Positions 12,494 through 25,414 of a stretch of DNA of 64,000 bases are shown piece after piece. This DNA is from Eledone cirrhosa (lineage: Eukaryota). Under the pieces are notes generated by a model, which saw only the letters and a program-made list of their open reading frames with translations, did not search any database and had not been told where the DNA came from. The stretch spans positions 178,064,001 through 178,128,000 of the forward strand of contig OZ024742.1 of NCBI GenBank assembly GCA_964016885.1, written 5' to 3'. Every line of letters starts with the position of its first letter. Position 1 is the first letter of the stretch. Made by a program: the position numbers and the translations under genes.

Positions 12494-13591
12494 ATATTCA
12501 TTAGTTAAGCAAAGCAAGACCACAAATTTCACAATGCATGCCCATTAAATGCATGCCCATTAAATGGACACTGCCTGACACCCAACATAGTCTATAGGTG
12601 CACGGTTAAAACTGCTTCGAATACCAGCTCTTATATCGGGTCTACCTCTAACCTTTTTAAGGTACGCTATAACGCGCACTCTTTTTCCTTCCGAGACCCT
12701 AGCAACAGATGTTCGACATCGCTAGCTAGGCTCATTAAAAAACCTTAAATTAAACAACATTCAACACTCACTAAAATGGGATATAGTGGCTAGGGCCCAA
12801 CCGTTAAATGGACGAAGAAAGTCTTGTGATCTCTGTATTACGGAAGAATATTACATAACTCTATCACAACCTCTACCGATTAACGATAGAACGGAGGTAA
12901 CTATTAGCTGTCAACATCGAAGGGCTAATTCCTTCGCCAATAGAATATTTGACCCAACTTAGTCATGTAGCCCCATTTTTACTTGTAGCTAATAAGTTAA
13001 ATTGCTATGAACAACTTGGATAATTATAAGTTACCTCCCCTACATTGTCTCTCAATTAAAAAAATGTTTAAATTAGCACTTAAATATAAACACCCACAAT
13101 TTCTAATCTCTCGAGGTGTTACTTCCCCTGAAACCACCCTCTAATTAGTAAGGTAAATATGCCCTTTGGCAGCCATCTTGTTACCCATAGGCAGATCTCA
13201 CACAATGCAGCCTCGACAGATGAATACTGCTTGATTATGGCTGACAACTGATGCAACCAAGACACCATGGTAAAAACCAATATATGGAACATTATATTAT
13301 ATAACATTCTCTCATTATTTTAATTTATATTCCTTTGAAGTTCCGATGAGCCGCTCTGTCTTTTAAATATGTTAATTATTTTCGACTGAACCAGATCAAT
13401 TATGATATATAGTCATCTGATCCAGAAATATGATATGGAGTAGCGAAACAATTGTAAACGGACATTATTATTATTAATATTATTATTATTATTCTCTACA
13501 TTCCTTACATCAAACTCAAATATGTTGACAATCTGTTAATAATATCTTCCTTGTGAAATTTGTGGTCTTGCTTTGCTTAACTAATGAATAT
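12494..13591 (+). mobile_element. 5'-truncated Penelope-like element (GIY-YIG remnant, 3' hammerhead, inverted terminal copy)
   Basis: 12557-12960 translates (one frameshift) as CPLNGHCLTPNIVYRCTV...YIGSTSNLFKVRYNAH...KWDIVARAQP...CDLCITE...INDRTEVTISCQH. Hammerhead motif at 13340-13459. 41-bp perfect inverted repeat at 12494-12534 / 13551-13591. Confidence 0.88.
13340..13459 (+). ncRNA. Type I hammerhead motif, one core mutation
   Basis: GTT-CCGATGA-GCCGCTCTGTC...GATATGGAGTAGC-GAAA-CAATTG-TA-AAC, with palindromic stem III ACAATTGT. Confidence 0.65.
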
Positions 13592-13699
13592 ATATATATA
13601 TATATATATTGAAATATATCTTTATATATAAATACATACATATATCTACACACATATATATATATATATATAGATATATATATATCGTTTCTGAATTTG

Positions 13700-13739
<40 letters not shown>

Positions 13740-13778
13740 TCTGAATTTGTTATTGGCAACATGACCCTCCCAAAGTAT

Positions 13779-13850
<72 letters not shown>

Positions 13851-13851
13851 G

Positions 13852-13966
13852 AAACCCCGTAAGGATGAAAGGCAAAGTTAACCTCGGCGGGATTTGAACC
13901 CAGATCATAAAGTGACGTAACTCTATGCTTCAAAGCATAGTGTCTGACCCTCTACCAATACTGCCA
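13852..13966 (-). mobile_element. SINE family A (partial)
   Basis: Head with A and B boxes. 3' tail missing. Confidence 0.85.
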
Positions 13967-14438
13967 ATAATAACAATCGATTCGTTTGCAATTATACAAA
14001 CAAGCCTCATATTTTTATAGCCATGTCAGTAGAATGAACCCTTCATTCTTGCTCTTGTGTTGGCATGTAAACAGAACTGCAGACATTAATGTTTCTGGGT
14101 ATCACGCTTCATCAGTACAGTCACTGTTCACCTGCCAACTGCCGGAGCTAGTGAAAATATATGCTGTTTTCTAAAATATACAGTGACTGATCGGCCTGAT
14201 TTGCATATTTGCTGACTTGCTGATCAGTCAGATTTGCATATCATCAGACTGGCCAGTCAGTTTCCTGTATACGAGCGATAAATGGCCGGCTTTGCCACAT
14301 TCAAATAAAAAAAATAGTGTCTGCAGTTCTGTTTACTACATGCCAATAAAGAACAAGAATGAAGGGTTCATTCTACTGACATGGCTATAAAAAGGAGGCT
14401 TGCTTTTATAATTGCAAACGAATCGAATGTTATTATTA
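13966..14438. mobile_element. MITE/foldback-like element with ~120-bp imperfect inverted repeats
   Basis: 13966-14090 is approximately the reverse complement of 14314-14438. Non-coding interior. Confidence 0.75.
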
Positions 14439-14483
14439 ATATTTGAAAAACTCAGATTACACACATATATGTATATATATATG

Positions 14484-14616
<133 letters not shown>

Positions 14617-14913
14617 TGAAACAAAATGAAAACGAAATTTCATTTCTCACTCTTAGTATGGCACTTACTTAAATGTAAGTATGCATGTATACGTACATAC
14701 ATATATGCATACAGACGTACAGTAGCATGCACATATATATATATATATACATATATACATACATATGCATACAGGTACACATACATATATGCACGTATCA
14801 GTTTAGCGGCGCTAACGTCGCTTTGTTCGTTTGTAAACAAACTGAACAGCCTGAATTTATGCCATACGGTGTTAAGGCAACCACGTCACCTTTTTGTTCA
14901 ACACTGACACAGG

Positions 14914-14954
14914 AACGATGTACTAGTTTCAAGCTTGTTAGCTATCATCAGCAC
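14914..14954 (-). ncRNA. Hammerhead ribozyme, inverted copy with shortened stem I
   Basis: Minus strand: GTG-CTGATGA-TAGCTAACAAGCTT-GAAA-CTAG-TA-CATCGTT. Confidence 0.75.
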
Positions 14955-15055
14955 AGTGAAAATTAACGGCTTATGAAAATTAACGGCTGCTCAGCCGTTA
15001 ATTTTCATAAGGAAAGTATATACTTTCGAACGTTCAACTATCTGGCAGATGGGTA

Positions 15056-15100
15056 AACGGTGCTGATGATAGCTAACAAGCTTGAAACTAGTACATCGTT
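15056..15100 (+). ncRNA. Minimal type I hammerhead ribozyme
   Basis: AACGGTG-CTGATGA-TAGC-TAACAA-GCTT-GAAA-CTAG-TA-CATCGTT. Intact core, GUA cleavage triplet, palindromic ACTAGT stem III. Confidence 0.9.
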
Positions 15101-15521
15101 CCTGTGTCAGTGTTGAACAAAAAGGTGACGTGGTTGCCTTAACACCGTATGGCATAAATTCAGGCTGTTCAGTTTGTTTACAAACGAACAAAGCGACGTT
15201 AGCGCCGCTAAACTGATACGTGCATATATGTATGTGTACCTGTATGCATATGTATGTATATATGTATATATATATATATATGTGCATGCTACTGTACGTC
15301 TGTATGCATATATGTATGTACGTATACATGCATACTTACATTTAAGTAAGTGCCATACTAAGAGTGAGAAATGAAATTTCGTTTTCATTTTGTTTCAATT
15401 TATCGTTTTCGGTATGCCTGACCGATTTAACTCACTCAATATGCAAATTAGGCTGCTCAGCCGTTAATTTTCATAAGGAAAGTATATACTTTCGAACGTT
15501 CAACTATCTGGCAGATGGGTA

Positions 15522-15566
15522 AACGGTGCTGATGATAGCTAACAAGCTTGAAACTAGTACATCGTT
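15522..15566 (+). ncRNA. Minimal type I hammerhead ribozyme (second tandem copy)
   Basis: Identical to 15056-15100, 466 nt downstream. Confidence 0.9.
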
Positions 15567-15826
15567 CCTGTGTCAGTGTTGAACAAAAAGGTGACGTGGT
15601 TGCCTTAACACCGTATGGCATAAATTCAGGCTGTTCAGTTTGTTTACAAACGAACAAAGCGACGTTAGCGCCGCTAAACTGATACGTGCATATATGTATG
15701 TGTACCTGTATGCATATGTATGTATATATGTATATATATATATATATGTGCATGCTACTGTACGTCTGTAGAGTGCTACTTATCCGATATTTGCATTGCC
15801 TTATTGTGCTACAATAAAACTGTGCG

Positions 15827-15960
<134 letters not shown>

Positions 15961-16401
15961 ATCGATCAATATATATTTGGCTGTTCAACCTAACGTAGTT
16001 GGAGTTTATTGTGCGCTATAAATGCATCAGTGTATATCGGGAACGGAAAGGAAATAATAAGAAAACCACAGTGTGTCGTCTGTACTTTTAAATTCTCTTC
16101 AATTCCTCTTCCATTTCACAATGAATTCATTTCTTTATTTTAAAATATTACATTTTCTATTTCTTATCATACTGTGTACTATTGTAAATCAGTCTTTTTA
16201 CATTTACTGCTGCTGTTGTCAGTAACATTAGAACATTACTTCTACACACAAGCCTACACACATGCTCAAACATATACACGTATTCAAATATACACACAGA
16301 CATGCAGACATAAATACACATGCACTTGCGGACACATACACATATATATACACACACATACCCACACAAACACACACAAACACACACATACACGTACACA
16401 T

Positions 16402-16757
<356 letters not shown>

Positions 16758-16838
16758 TTCAAACCTGCTCACTGTTTCAAAACATACTTACTTGATATAT
16801 ATATATATACACACACACAAGCATACAGACGTGCTGAA

Positions 16839-17167
<329 letters not shown>

Positions 17168-17237
17168 TTTTTGCTCTGATACTTACATAGAGCACTCTTC
17201 ACTTCTATGACCTTTTCTGTTTCCAACGGAAATTTCA

Positions 17238-17291
<54 letters not shown>

Positions 17292-18089
17292 TCAAGCATA
17301 CAAACGTGCTCAAACATACACACACATACGCACACAAACACACATATATATGTACACATGCACATGTAAACACATAGACGCACACACAGATACACACACA
17401 TAAATACACATGCACATGCAAACACATAGACACACATACACATATATACATACACATACACATACACACACATACGCACTCAAACACACATATATATACA
17501 TACATACACACGCATATATACACATATATACACACACATAGACACACATACACACACATACTCACACATGCATCAGTTACATTTACTACTGTTTTTATCA
17601 GTAACATGACTTTTACACACATCAATATATGCGTACACACATGCACGCACATACACATACACATGCGCATATTCATATGCACACACATACTCACACATGC
17701 AAAGTTTGCACTCTTTTGCGGAGTATGGCTCCCTAAACTTGTTTGACACGGTTATCAAAATGGCCATTTTTTTATACATTCAAATTCCTATTTTAACTTC
17801 CTGTTACTGTTTTCTTCTACAGCAATAATTTGTTTCATTTTTGTTCAAACCTATATATGGTGAGGCTGCGAAACTGTCGTGTATTGCGGAGAACCCGGAT
17901 AAGTGGCGGATGACGACTGATAGAACATCCAGACTAACAATACTATGACTGACTGCACAGGTTACAGTATGATGACGTTGATCCTGATTCTACTTCTTAT
18001 CGTGTCTCCAAGAATGACGGCAACAACGCTTGGCTAGATGTGGTTCCGCCACAGCTGAACACATTACTGTCCTTTCTTATTAAACTCTG

Positions 18090-18350
18090 CCAAGTCCAAT
18101 GCTGTGCAGGGGTGTTTCATCGGGGGGCGGGGGGGGGGCATATATATCAGGAAGTTCTGCATGGTCTGTGATTCGATGCCGCAGTCATACAAACGTTCCC
18201 ATCATTTAAATATCCCCATTTTGCCAGATTGGCTTTTGCACGACCAACACCAGATCTTAATGTGCTGAGGCATTTCTACACTGCATAATTTGTACCTACT
18301 GCGGGGCCGCAGTGCCTAGATCACCTTTAGCTCCATTGTTGTTACAGATG
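18090..18350 (-). pseudogene. Degraded LINE ORF2 C-terminal fragment
   Basis: Minus strand gives *KCLSTLRSGVGRAKANLAKWGYL, resembling the W..LNRLRTG.GR....L.KWG motif of non-LTR element C-termini. Confidence 0.55.
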
Positions 18351-18496
18351 GGAGGGTGTTAAGCTTTACTTTTCAGCTAGTGGCTGATTATTATGATGAT
18401 GTTTAAACGATGGATTGTGTGTGCATCCTAAAATACCCTATATTTCATTGATTTTTTTTTTTTTGCAACACATAGTTCTTGAATAGAAGGATGAGT

Positions 18497-18559
<63 letters not shown>

Positions 18560-18792
18560 TTCTTTATTAGCCACAAGGGCGCAACAAGAAAGGGGACAAT
18601 ACAAAGACATGCCGGGGATTTTACATATAGTCGTGTAAAAAATATAAAAACAAAGAATTTCAACAATCGAAATCCCCAATAGGGGGTAGGCGCCACAAAT
18701 GGGTTGTTTAATACCCCGTCGATAGAACAACCCTCAACTCGAGGAGCGTGTTGTGCAAGTGCTCCTTTCTTCCTTTTGCTCTCTTCCTCAAC

Positions 18793-21385
18793 CTACAGGC
18801 TTATAAACAGAGAAGGCCCAATCACTCGGGCCATTTTCGCTTCATTCACCCACCTTTCAGTAAATTTACTGGAGTGCAGTGCCTCTCTCTCCACCCTGAT
18901 TCTCCTTCTAAAGTGATACTTAAAGAAGGGAATCAATTGTTGTCCGGAGAGAAAGGCATCTGTCCTCAGTCCTCTCAACCTCGTCCACCATATAACTTCT
19001 TTCACCATAGCCACCGTACAGAGGAAAACCGCCTCTCTTTCGTTTTTGAAAGAGTCTGGCGGTTTGATCCTTACTATGGACTCGGCAGTCAACTGTATTT
19101 GTCCCATACGCGACAGCAGTTGTTCTGCATAGTTCCACAGGTCGCTTACGCCCGGGCAGTGTACAATTGAGTGCAGAACTGTTTCAATGTCCTGCGCACA
19201 TCTTGGACACGTCCTCTTGGAAGGATCCCTGCCAGGGCGTCCGTGCCTGTAGATCTTGTCACGAACCGGTAGAGCTCCTCGGTAGCACTGCCAGGCCAGG
19301 GACCTCTGGAAGTTGTCCATAGGTCCCGGGCGGAAAGTCCTACCAAACAGACTGGTGAGCTCATCGTCTTCGACGCCCAGAGTCTCACCGAGCACGTCGT
19401 CGCCCTTGTAACGTACAATCCCTCTATAGAATGTCGAAGTGGAGTCTCCACTGATTGCTGCGCCCGCTTGCCAGAGGACTGTGAGCGCCTGAGCGCATTC
19501 AATGTGCCAGGCGCCCATCGTTTTCGGTCTTTTCTTCACCCAGGACTGCAGCTCCGTTAGCGAGACGAGCTGTGGGAAAGCCTGTCTCACAAACGGTGCC
19601 CACACCGGTTGGGGGTCGGTGAGGAATACCTGGAGATGCCGCACCCTCAGCGCATGTTTGCGCATCATCAGCCACGGCATTCCCAGCCCTCCGTTGGAAG
19701 GGTGCTGACAGCAGACGGATCTCCTCACCAGCGGAGCCTGCTTCTTCCACAGAAACTGGAAGAGCATGCGTTCCATCTTGGCGAGGTGTTCACGGGGACA
19801 AGGCACGACAGTCAAGCGGTAGTAGATGACGGACGCTATGAAAGTGTTCGCCACCTCCGCTCGACCTTTCAAGGACAGTTTGCACTCTGCCCACTTCTGA
19901 GTGAGTGCAAACACCTTGGCCGTGACCTCGTTCCAGTTTTTCTCCACCTGGAGGTCTGGACCGAACCAGACCCCGAGCAATTTCACCGGTCCGTCCGTCC
20001 AGCGTCCAACGACGCTGTCGGATGTCATCGCTTTGCCTCTCCACGTACCGAGTTGCAAACCAACAGACTTGTCTGGGTTTAGTTTTGCTCCCGTCAGCGT
20101 TTCGTATTCTTTCAGTATGTTGCCGATCACCCCGATTTCCGAGGTGCTCGACACCACTACTGTCACGTCGTCGGCATAAGCCGACGCCGCTTTGCGCAGT
20201 CCCGGTTCTAGGGGGATGCCCTGCAACAGCTCCAATTTCCGCAGTAGTGGCTCTAGAGTCAATACATACAGAATGGAGGAGAGAGGGCATCCCTGTCGAA
20301 TGGAACGCGTGATTGCGAACGGCTCCGATAGGTAGCCGTTCACCTTGACCCTCGAGCAGATGCTGGTGTGCATCGCCTCGATCCATCCTCTGAACACGGG
20401 ACCGAAACCGGCCGCCTTGAGAACCGCTTCCAAGTATCGATGGTCGACCCTATCGAATGCCTTAGACTGATCCAAGTTGATCAGAGCCCCACCGAAGCCG
20501 GGTTTACTACCCACCCTCTCTATGATGTATCGCATGAGGTGGAGGTTGTCGTGTATGGACCTGGTCGGGATTGCACACGTTTGCGCTTTCCCTACCAGGT
20601 TCTCGACGACAAGCGCCAACCTCGTCGCTAGCACTTTGGCCAAAATCTTTAACTCTGTGTTGAGCAGAGTTATGGGCCTGAAGTTGTTAATTTCGTCCCC
20701 CTTGTTTTCGTCTTTCCTGATCAGCGTTACTACGCCCTTGCCTGCAGAACTGGGAATTCTCCCGTTCTGCTGCCAATTGCAGTAGACGGCTTCGAGGACG
20801 CTAGAGAACAAGTCCGGCATGCCTATGTAAAATTCGTAGGGTAGACCATCTAGACCGGGTGACTTGCGTTTCCCGCAGCGGCCCAGAGCGTCCCGTATCT
20901 CAGTGTCCGTGATCGGTCTTTCGCAGAACTCGGCGTCCGTGTTTGAGAGACGCGGCAGGCCGTCGAGGAATGAACTAAAGTCCATTGCCCCGTTCGGCTC
21001 ACCGTCGTTCTGCTCAAACAGTCGCGCAAAGTGCCGCTGAAAGGCCGCGCACATTTGCTTGGGGTCAAGTAGCACGCGTCCGTTTTGGTCTTTCAAAGAC
21101 CGAATTGTGGACTTGCTGCCACTTTTTGCCTCCGCCACTCGGGCCCAGCTGACAGCTTTCGCTCTTTCGTTTCCTAGAGCACGTGTTTTGCTTCTGACCA
21201 CGCAGCCTTCGTGTTTCGCATCGAAGAACTGGTCCAGTGCCGTTCTCGACGCTAACACTCTAGCCGTGTTGCCACTTCTAAGTGCCTCCTCTAACTTGGC
21301 TAGTAGTTCTCTTTCTATTCTGTTTTTCTCTAAGGCTAACTCTCTGCTATACCCTATCGATTCTATTCTAATTGCTTTCTTGAGA
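18793..21385 (-). pseudogene. ORF2 reverse transcriptase and C-terminal zinc finger
   Basis: KSPGLDGLPYEFY, FRPITLLN, DQSKAFDRVDH, RQGCPLS, YADD, and CPRC...ETVLHSIVHC. The frame is open upstream of the listed start, to ~21385 (LKKAIRIES...). Confidence 0.95.
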
Positions 21386-22237
21386 GTACCACCATCTATT
21401 GTTGACGATGGCTCCCGTTAACTGTTGCTTGACTAGTCTACTTATCCGTTCACTGTAAGCTTTACGTGCCGGCAACGACACGTTCAGCTTCCAGTATCCG
21501 GGACCCTGTCTATGTATTCTATCACGGTTGACTAAGCAGACGACTAACTTGTGATCTGAATAGGCAACCATGTGCATTCGTGGACAGCTTAACATATCCT
21601 TGTCCCTTTCTCTAATGAAGAACCTATCTAAATACGATCTAGGTGTTCCACTGCGATTTACCCACGTCCACTGTGGTGCAGTCGGGAAATCCAGTCGATA
21701 CCTATCGGCCAGTTGTAATTGGCCGATTAAAGTTTTGAGGCTGTTGCACCCCGCTCTACTGGGACATGCTCCCACATAGTCCCATCGTGCATCTAGGATA
21801 CCATTCCAGTCCCCCACTAAAAGTAAGGAGCGAGACGTTCCCAGAAAAGACTCTAGACGCTTAAAGAAGTCTGGCCGTGATTGCGATTGCCCGGTCGGGG
21901 CATAAACGGCCACCAGTCTGAAGGCTCCACCTCCGATACTGTTCACGTCAAGGACTACCAGTCTACCCTCCGGGTCCAAGTGTACTTGCTGTACTCCGAC
22001 GTCCAGGTCCTTCCGAAACATAACATCCACTCCACCTCCACCTCCTGGCTGACAGAGAGATGCGTAGATCTCAAAGTCGTCGAAGATGGGGGTTAGTTGC
22101 TGCCTGTTGTGGATTCTGGACTCGGTGATGGCTATCACATCCATACTGTGTGACCTAAGGTCGTTTAAAAGTTGGCCCTGTTTGCAGGGCATCCCTAGGC
22201 CACGCACATTCACGGTTCCAACTCGTAAACCAGCCAT
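21368..22237 (-). pseudogene. ORF2 N-terminal APE-type endonuclease domain (frameshifted from RT)
   Basis: Motifs TVNVRGL, IAITES, VAVYAP, VGDWN, SYLDRF, SDHK and GPGYWKLN. Confidence 0.92.
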
Positions 22238-22278
22238 GTTGCTGAAGAAAAGTTGGAGAAAAAGGATGAAAGGTGCAC

Positions 22279-24159
22279 TTACCTTTTCGTTTCCTGGAGA
22301 TCGGGTTGTTCAATCTCCATTTGGGTGCTGGATGGGGTGTTGGGTGGGGTGGGGAAGCCTTTCAACAGGACGCGGTTGATGGGTTTGTGGCAGGGGTTGC
22401 CCACGTCCTGTGAAAATTTAATTTTCAGGTCTTTATAGGTTTCCATAGAAACCCTTATAAGTTTAAGGTGTGGAGACGATTCTGCCTTGACGAAAGTTTT
22501 GCCCTCCGTCTCCACCTTGGGGTTTTGGGAGATGACCTCCATCAAACTCTTGTTGTTTGTGTTGATGTATGCGTATTGTTGTTTGTGTTTTTGTTGTATT
22601 GTTTTAGTTTGTTGTTCATCCGGGAGTTTTCTTTTTATGGTGGGTGCTTGTGCTTGGGGTGGTGTTGGTGCTGGTTTTGCTGATAGGGGGATGTTTGACT
22701 GTGGTGTTGTTTGTGTTGTTGTTTGTGTCTGTGGTTGTGTGTTGGTGTTGGTGATTGGAGTTTTGGGGGTTTTGTGGTGTCTCTTTTTTTGTTTTTTGGA
22801 TTTCCGCGGTTCTCCCTCTTCTTCACTTAAAGAAGGAGAAGCAGCTTCATCCGTCGATGAATAATCATCGTCAGGTGTGTGGGGTAAGGGTATGTTGTGT
22901 GGTGGTGGTGGTGTTTCGGTATGTGTTTGTGGTAGTGTTTGATGGAGTGGGATGGAGTGGGGCTGTGTTATTAAGGGGTGTTGTCTCTGTTTTTTCTGTT
23001 GTTGTTGGTTGAGTGTCTGTTTGTTTTGGTGTGGTTGCTCGTTTCGTCTGTCGTTGTACTTGTGGTGGTGGTGGTGGTTGTTGTTTTGGTGTTGGTGTTG
23101 GTAATAGCGTTTTTTTATGATGTTGTTGTTGTGTGTTTGTGGACAAGAGGCTTTTAGGTGAGATGTGCTACCACAGCGAAAGCAGTGAAATTTTCGTCCT
23201 TCTACCGAAATGTTTATTTTGTTGTTATTATCAATAACGACTCTTTCGGGTATTTTGGAGATTCTCTCCGGTTTCATTTGCAACAGAATCTCCAAATCGG
23301 TGCCCGCCCACCTTTGTCGAATGGATTTTCGTATCGAAAGGATTATGTCTGTTTCTGGCTCTACGAAGCCAGCCAAGATCCACCAGATGTTAATGCTTGG
23401 AGGTATATTTTTTATTTTTATTTTTTGTGTCCTTTTCCCCATGTATGTAGGGAAAAAGGTGTATGCTTTTGACACTATTGGTGTCACAGAGTTTTTTGGG
23501 GCGAGTGCCTCGCTTTTAAACAGTACGGAAACACTTCCGTACTGTTTTCCTCGTTGGAGAAAATCGACATTTCCTAGAATCTCTTTGAAAGAATCTTCTA
23601 TATCTGACTGATTAACAAATGTCGGTTTTTTTGACGAATTTGACACAGTCCTAAAAGTGACTGATCGGCGGTTTGTGTCTTCCTTTATTTCAAGGGGTGA
23701 GTTAATTCTAAACCCACCTCTTTCTTCGAAAGTTACAAATTTTCTCCCTTGCTGGAGCATATCTCTTGCGTTGGAGATATCAAGATTTATAAAATCTTGT
23801 TTCTTGTTGACTGTGTCAGCGAAAGACATTTTCTTTTTTTGTGTGATGTTGTTGTTGATAATGATGTTATCGTTGTTGGAAATTTTATGTGTAGATGTAT
23901 CTGTAGAGTTGTTGATGTCTTTTTCATGTGTATGTATGTCAATGGGTTTTTTTGCTGTGTTTTCCTGTGTGTTATTGTCATTTTTCTCCGCTTCGGCGGT
24001 AGAAATTGTAAAATTTTCAAATATTGATATATTTTTTTCTTTTGTAACAGTTGTATCTATGGCAACGTCCATAGCAGCAGAAGCAGATATAACGTTAATA
24101 TCTGCCTCTTTCTCTCTCTTTTCTCTATTAACGTTCTCCAGCGTTCTAGTGTTGCTCAA
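22279..24159 (-). CDS. LINE ORF1p (626 aa) with CCHC zinc knuckle and low-complexity Q/H/T/P region
   Basis: Long open frame upstream of ORF2, containing CFRCGSTSHLKASC. Confidence 0.88.
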   Translation of the reverse strand: MSNTRTLENVNREKREKEADINVISASAAMDVAIDTTVTKEKNISIFENFTISTAEAEKNDNNTQENTAKKPIDIHTHEKDINNSTDTSTHKISNNDNIIINNNITQKKKMSFADTVNKKQDFINLDISNARDMLQQGRKFVTFEERGGFRINSPLEIKEDTNRRSVTFRTVSNSSKKPTFVNQSDIEDSFKEILGNVDFLQRGKQYGSVSVLFKSEALAPKNSVTPIVSKAYTFFPTYMGKRTQKIKIKNIPPSINIWWILAGFVEPETDIILSIRKSIRQRWAGTDLEILLQMKPERISKIPERVVIDNNNKINISVEGRKFHCFRCGSTSHLKASCPQTHNNNIIKKRYYQHQHQNNNHHHHHKYNDRRNEQPHQNKQTLNQQQQKKQRQHPLITQPHSIPLHQTLPQTHTETPPPPHNIPLPHTPDDDYSSTDEAASPSLSEEEGEPRKSKKQKKRHHKTPKTPITNTNTQPQTQTTTQTTPQSNIPLSAKPAPTPPQAQAPTIKRKLPDEQQTKTIQQKHKQQYAYINTNNKSLMEVISQNPKVETEGKTFVKAESSPHLKLIRVSMETYKDLKIKFSQDVGNPCHKPINRVLLKGFPTPPNTPSSTQMEIEQPDLQETKR

Positions 24160-24369
24160 GTTTTTTACTTTGCAAAATCTGATATTTTAAAACAAATTCT
24201 TGTAAATAAAATTTTCGCCCCTACAGGGGCGAAAAATGGGATTACCACCCAGCTGACAATTCAGCTTGGGGGTTAATCTACAAAGTGTTGTATTTTTTCA
24301 AACAATTAGATCAGGTTTTTTGCATAGAAATTAACAAAAAACTTACCGGCGATATTCCACACGTCAGAC

Positions 24370-24480
<111 letters not shown>

Positions 24481-24540
24481 GAAGTAGAGGCAGATAGAGT
24501 TGAGAGGGAGAAAGAAAGAATGGTATGAAAGAGGTTTATA

Positions 24541-25411
24541 GATATATTTCTTTATTTGCCACAAGGGCGCACAATACAAAGACACATGCCGGGGATTTTA
24601 CATACAGTCGTGTAAAAATATTATTAAAACAAACAAATTTAACAATCGAAATCTCCAATAGGGGGTAGGCGTTACAAATGGGGTGTTTAATACCCCGTCG
24701 ATAGAACAACCCTCAACTCGAGGAGCGTGTTGTGCAAGTGCTTCTTTCTTCCTTTTGCTCTCTTCTTCAACCTACAGGCTTATATACAGAGAAGGCCCAA
24801 TCACTCGGGCCATTTTTGCTACATTCACCCACCTTTCAGTAAATTTACTGGGATGCAGTGCCTCTCTCTCCACTCTGATTATCCTTCTAAAGTGGTACTT
24901 AAAGAAGGGAATGAGTTGTTCTCCGGAGAGAAAGGCATCTGTCCTCAGTCCTCTCAATCTCGTCCACCATATAACCTCTTTCACCATAGCCACTTTACAT
25001 TGGAAAATCGCCTCTCTTTCGTTTTTGAAAGAGGTTGGCGGTTTGATCCTTACTATGGACTCGGCAGTCAACTGGATTTTTCCCATACGCGACAGCAGTT
25101 GTTCTGCGTAGTTCCACAGGTTAGTTACGCCCGGGCAGTGTACAATTGCGTGAAAGACGGTTTCAATGTCCTGCTCGCATCTTGGACACGTCCTCTTGGA
25201 AGGATCCCTGCCGTGCCTGTAGATCTTGTCTCGAACTGGTAGAGCTCCTCGGTATCACTGCCAGGCCAGGGACCTATGGAAGTTGTCCATAAGTCCCGGG
25301 CGGAAAGTCCTACCAAACAGACTGGTGAGCTCGTCGTCTTCGACGCCAAGAGTCTCTCCGAGCACGTCGTCGCCCTTGTTTCGTACTAACCCTCTAAAGA
25401 AATGTCGAAGT
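24541..25411 (-). mobile_element. 5'-truncated copy of the same Tx1-like LINE
   Basis: Closely similar to 18550-19440 (ORF2 C-terminus and 3'UTR), with stops and indels. Confidence 0.93.
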
Positions 25412-25414
25412 GGT

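Larger units (their letters stand above)
18550..24363 (-). mobile_element. Near-full-length L1/Tx1-clade non-LTR retrotransposon
   Basis: 5'UTR, ORF1, 41-nt spacer, ORF2 (APE+RT+CCHC) and 3'UTR ending AATAAAGAAA-(TCTA)n. (GATA)n on both flanks. Confidence 0.95.
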
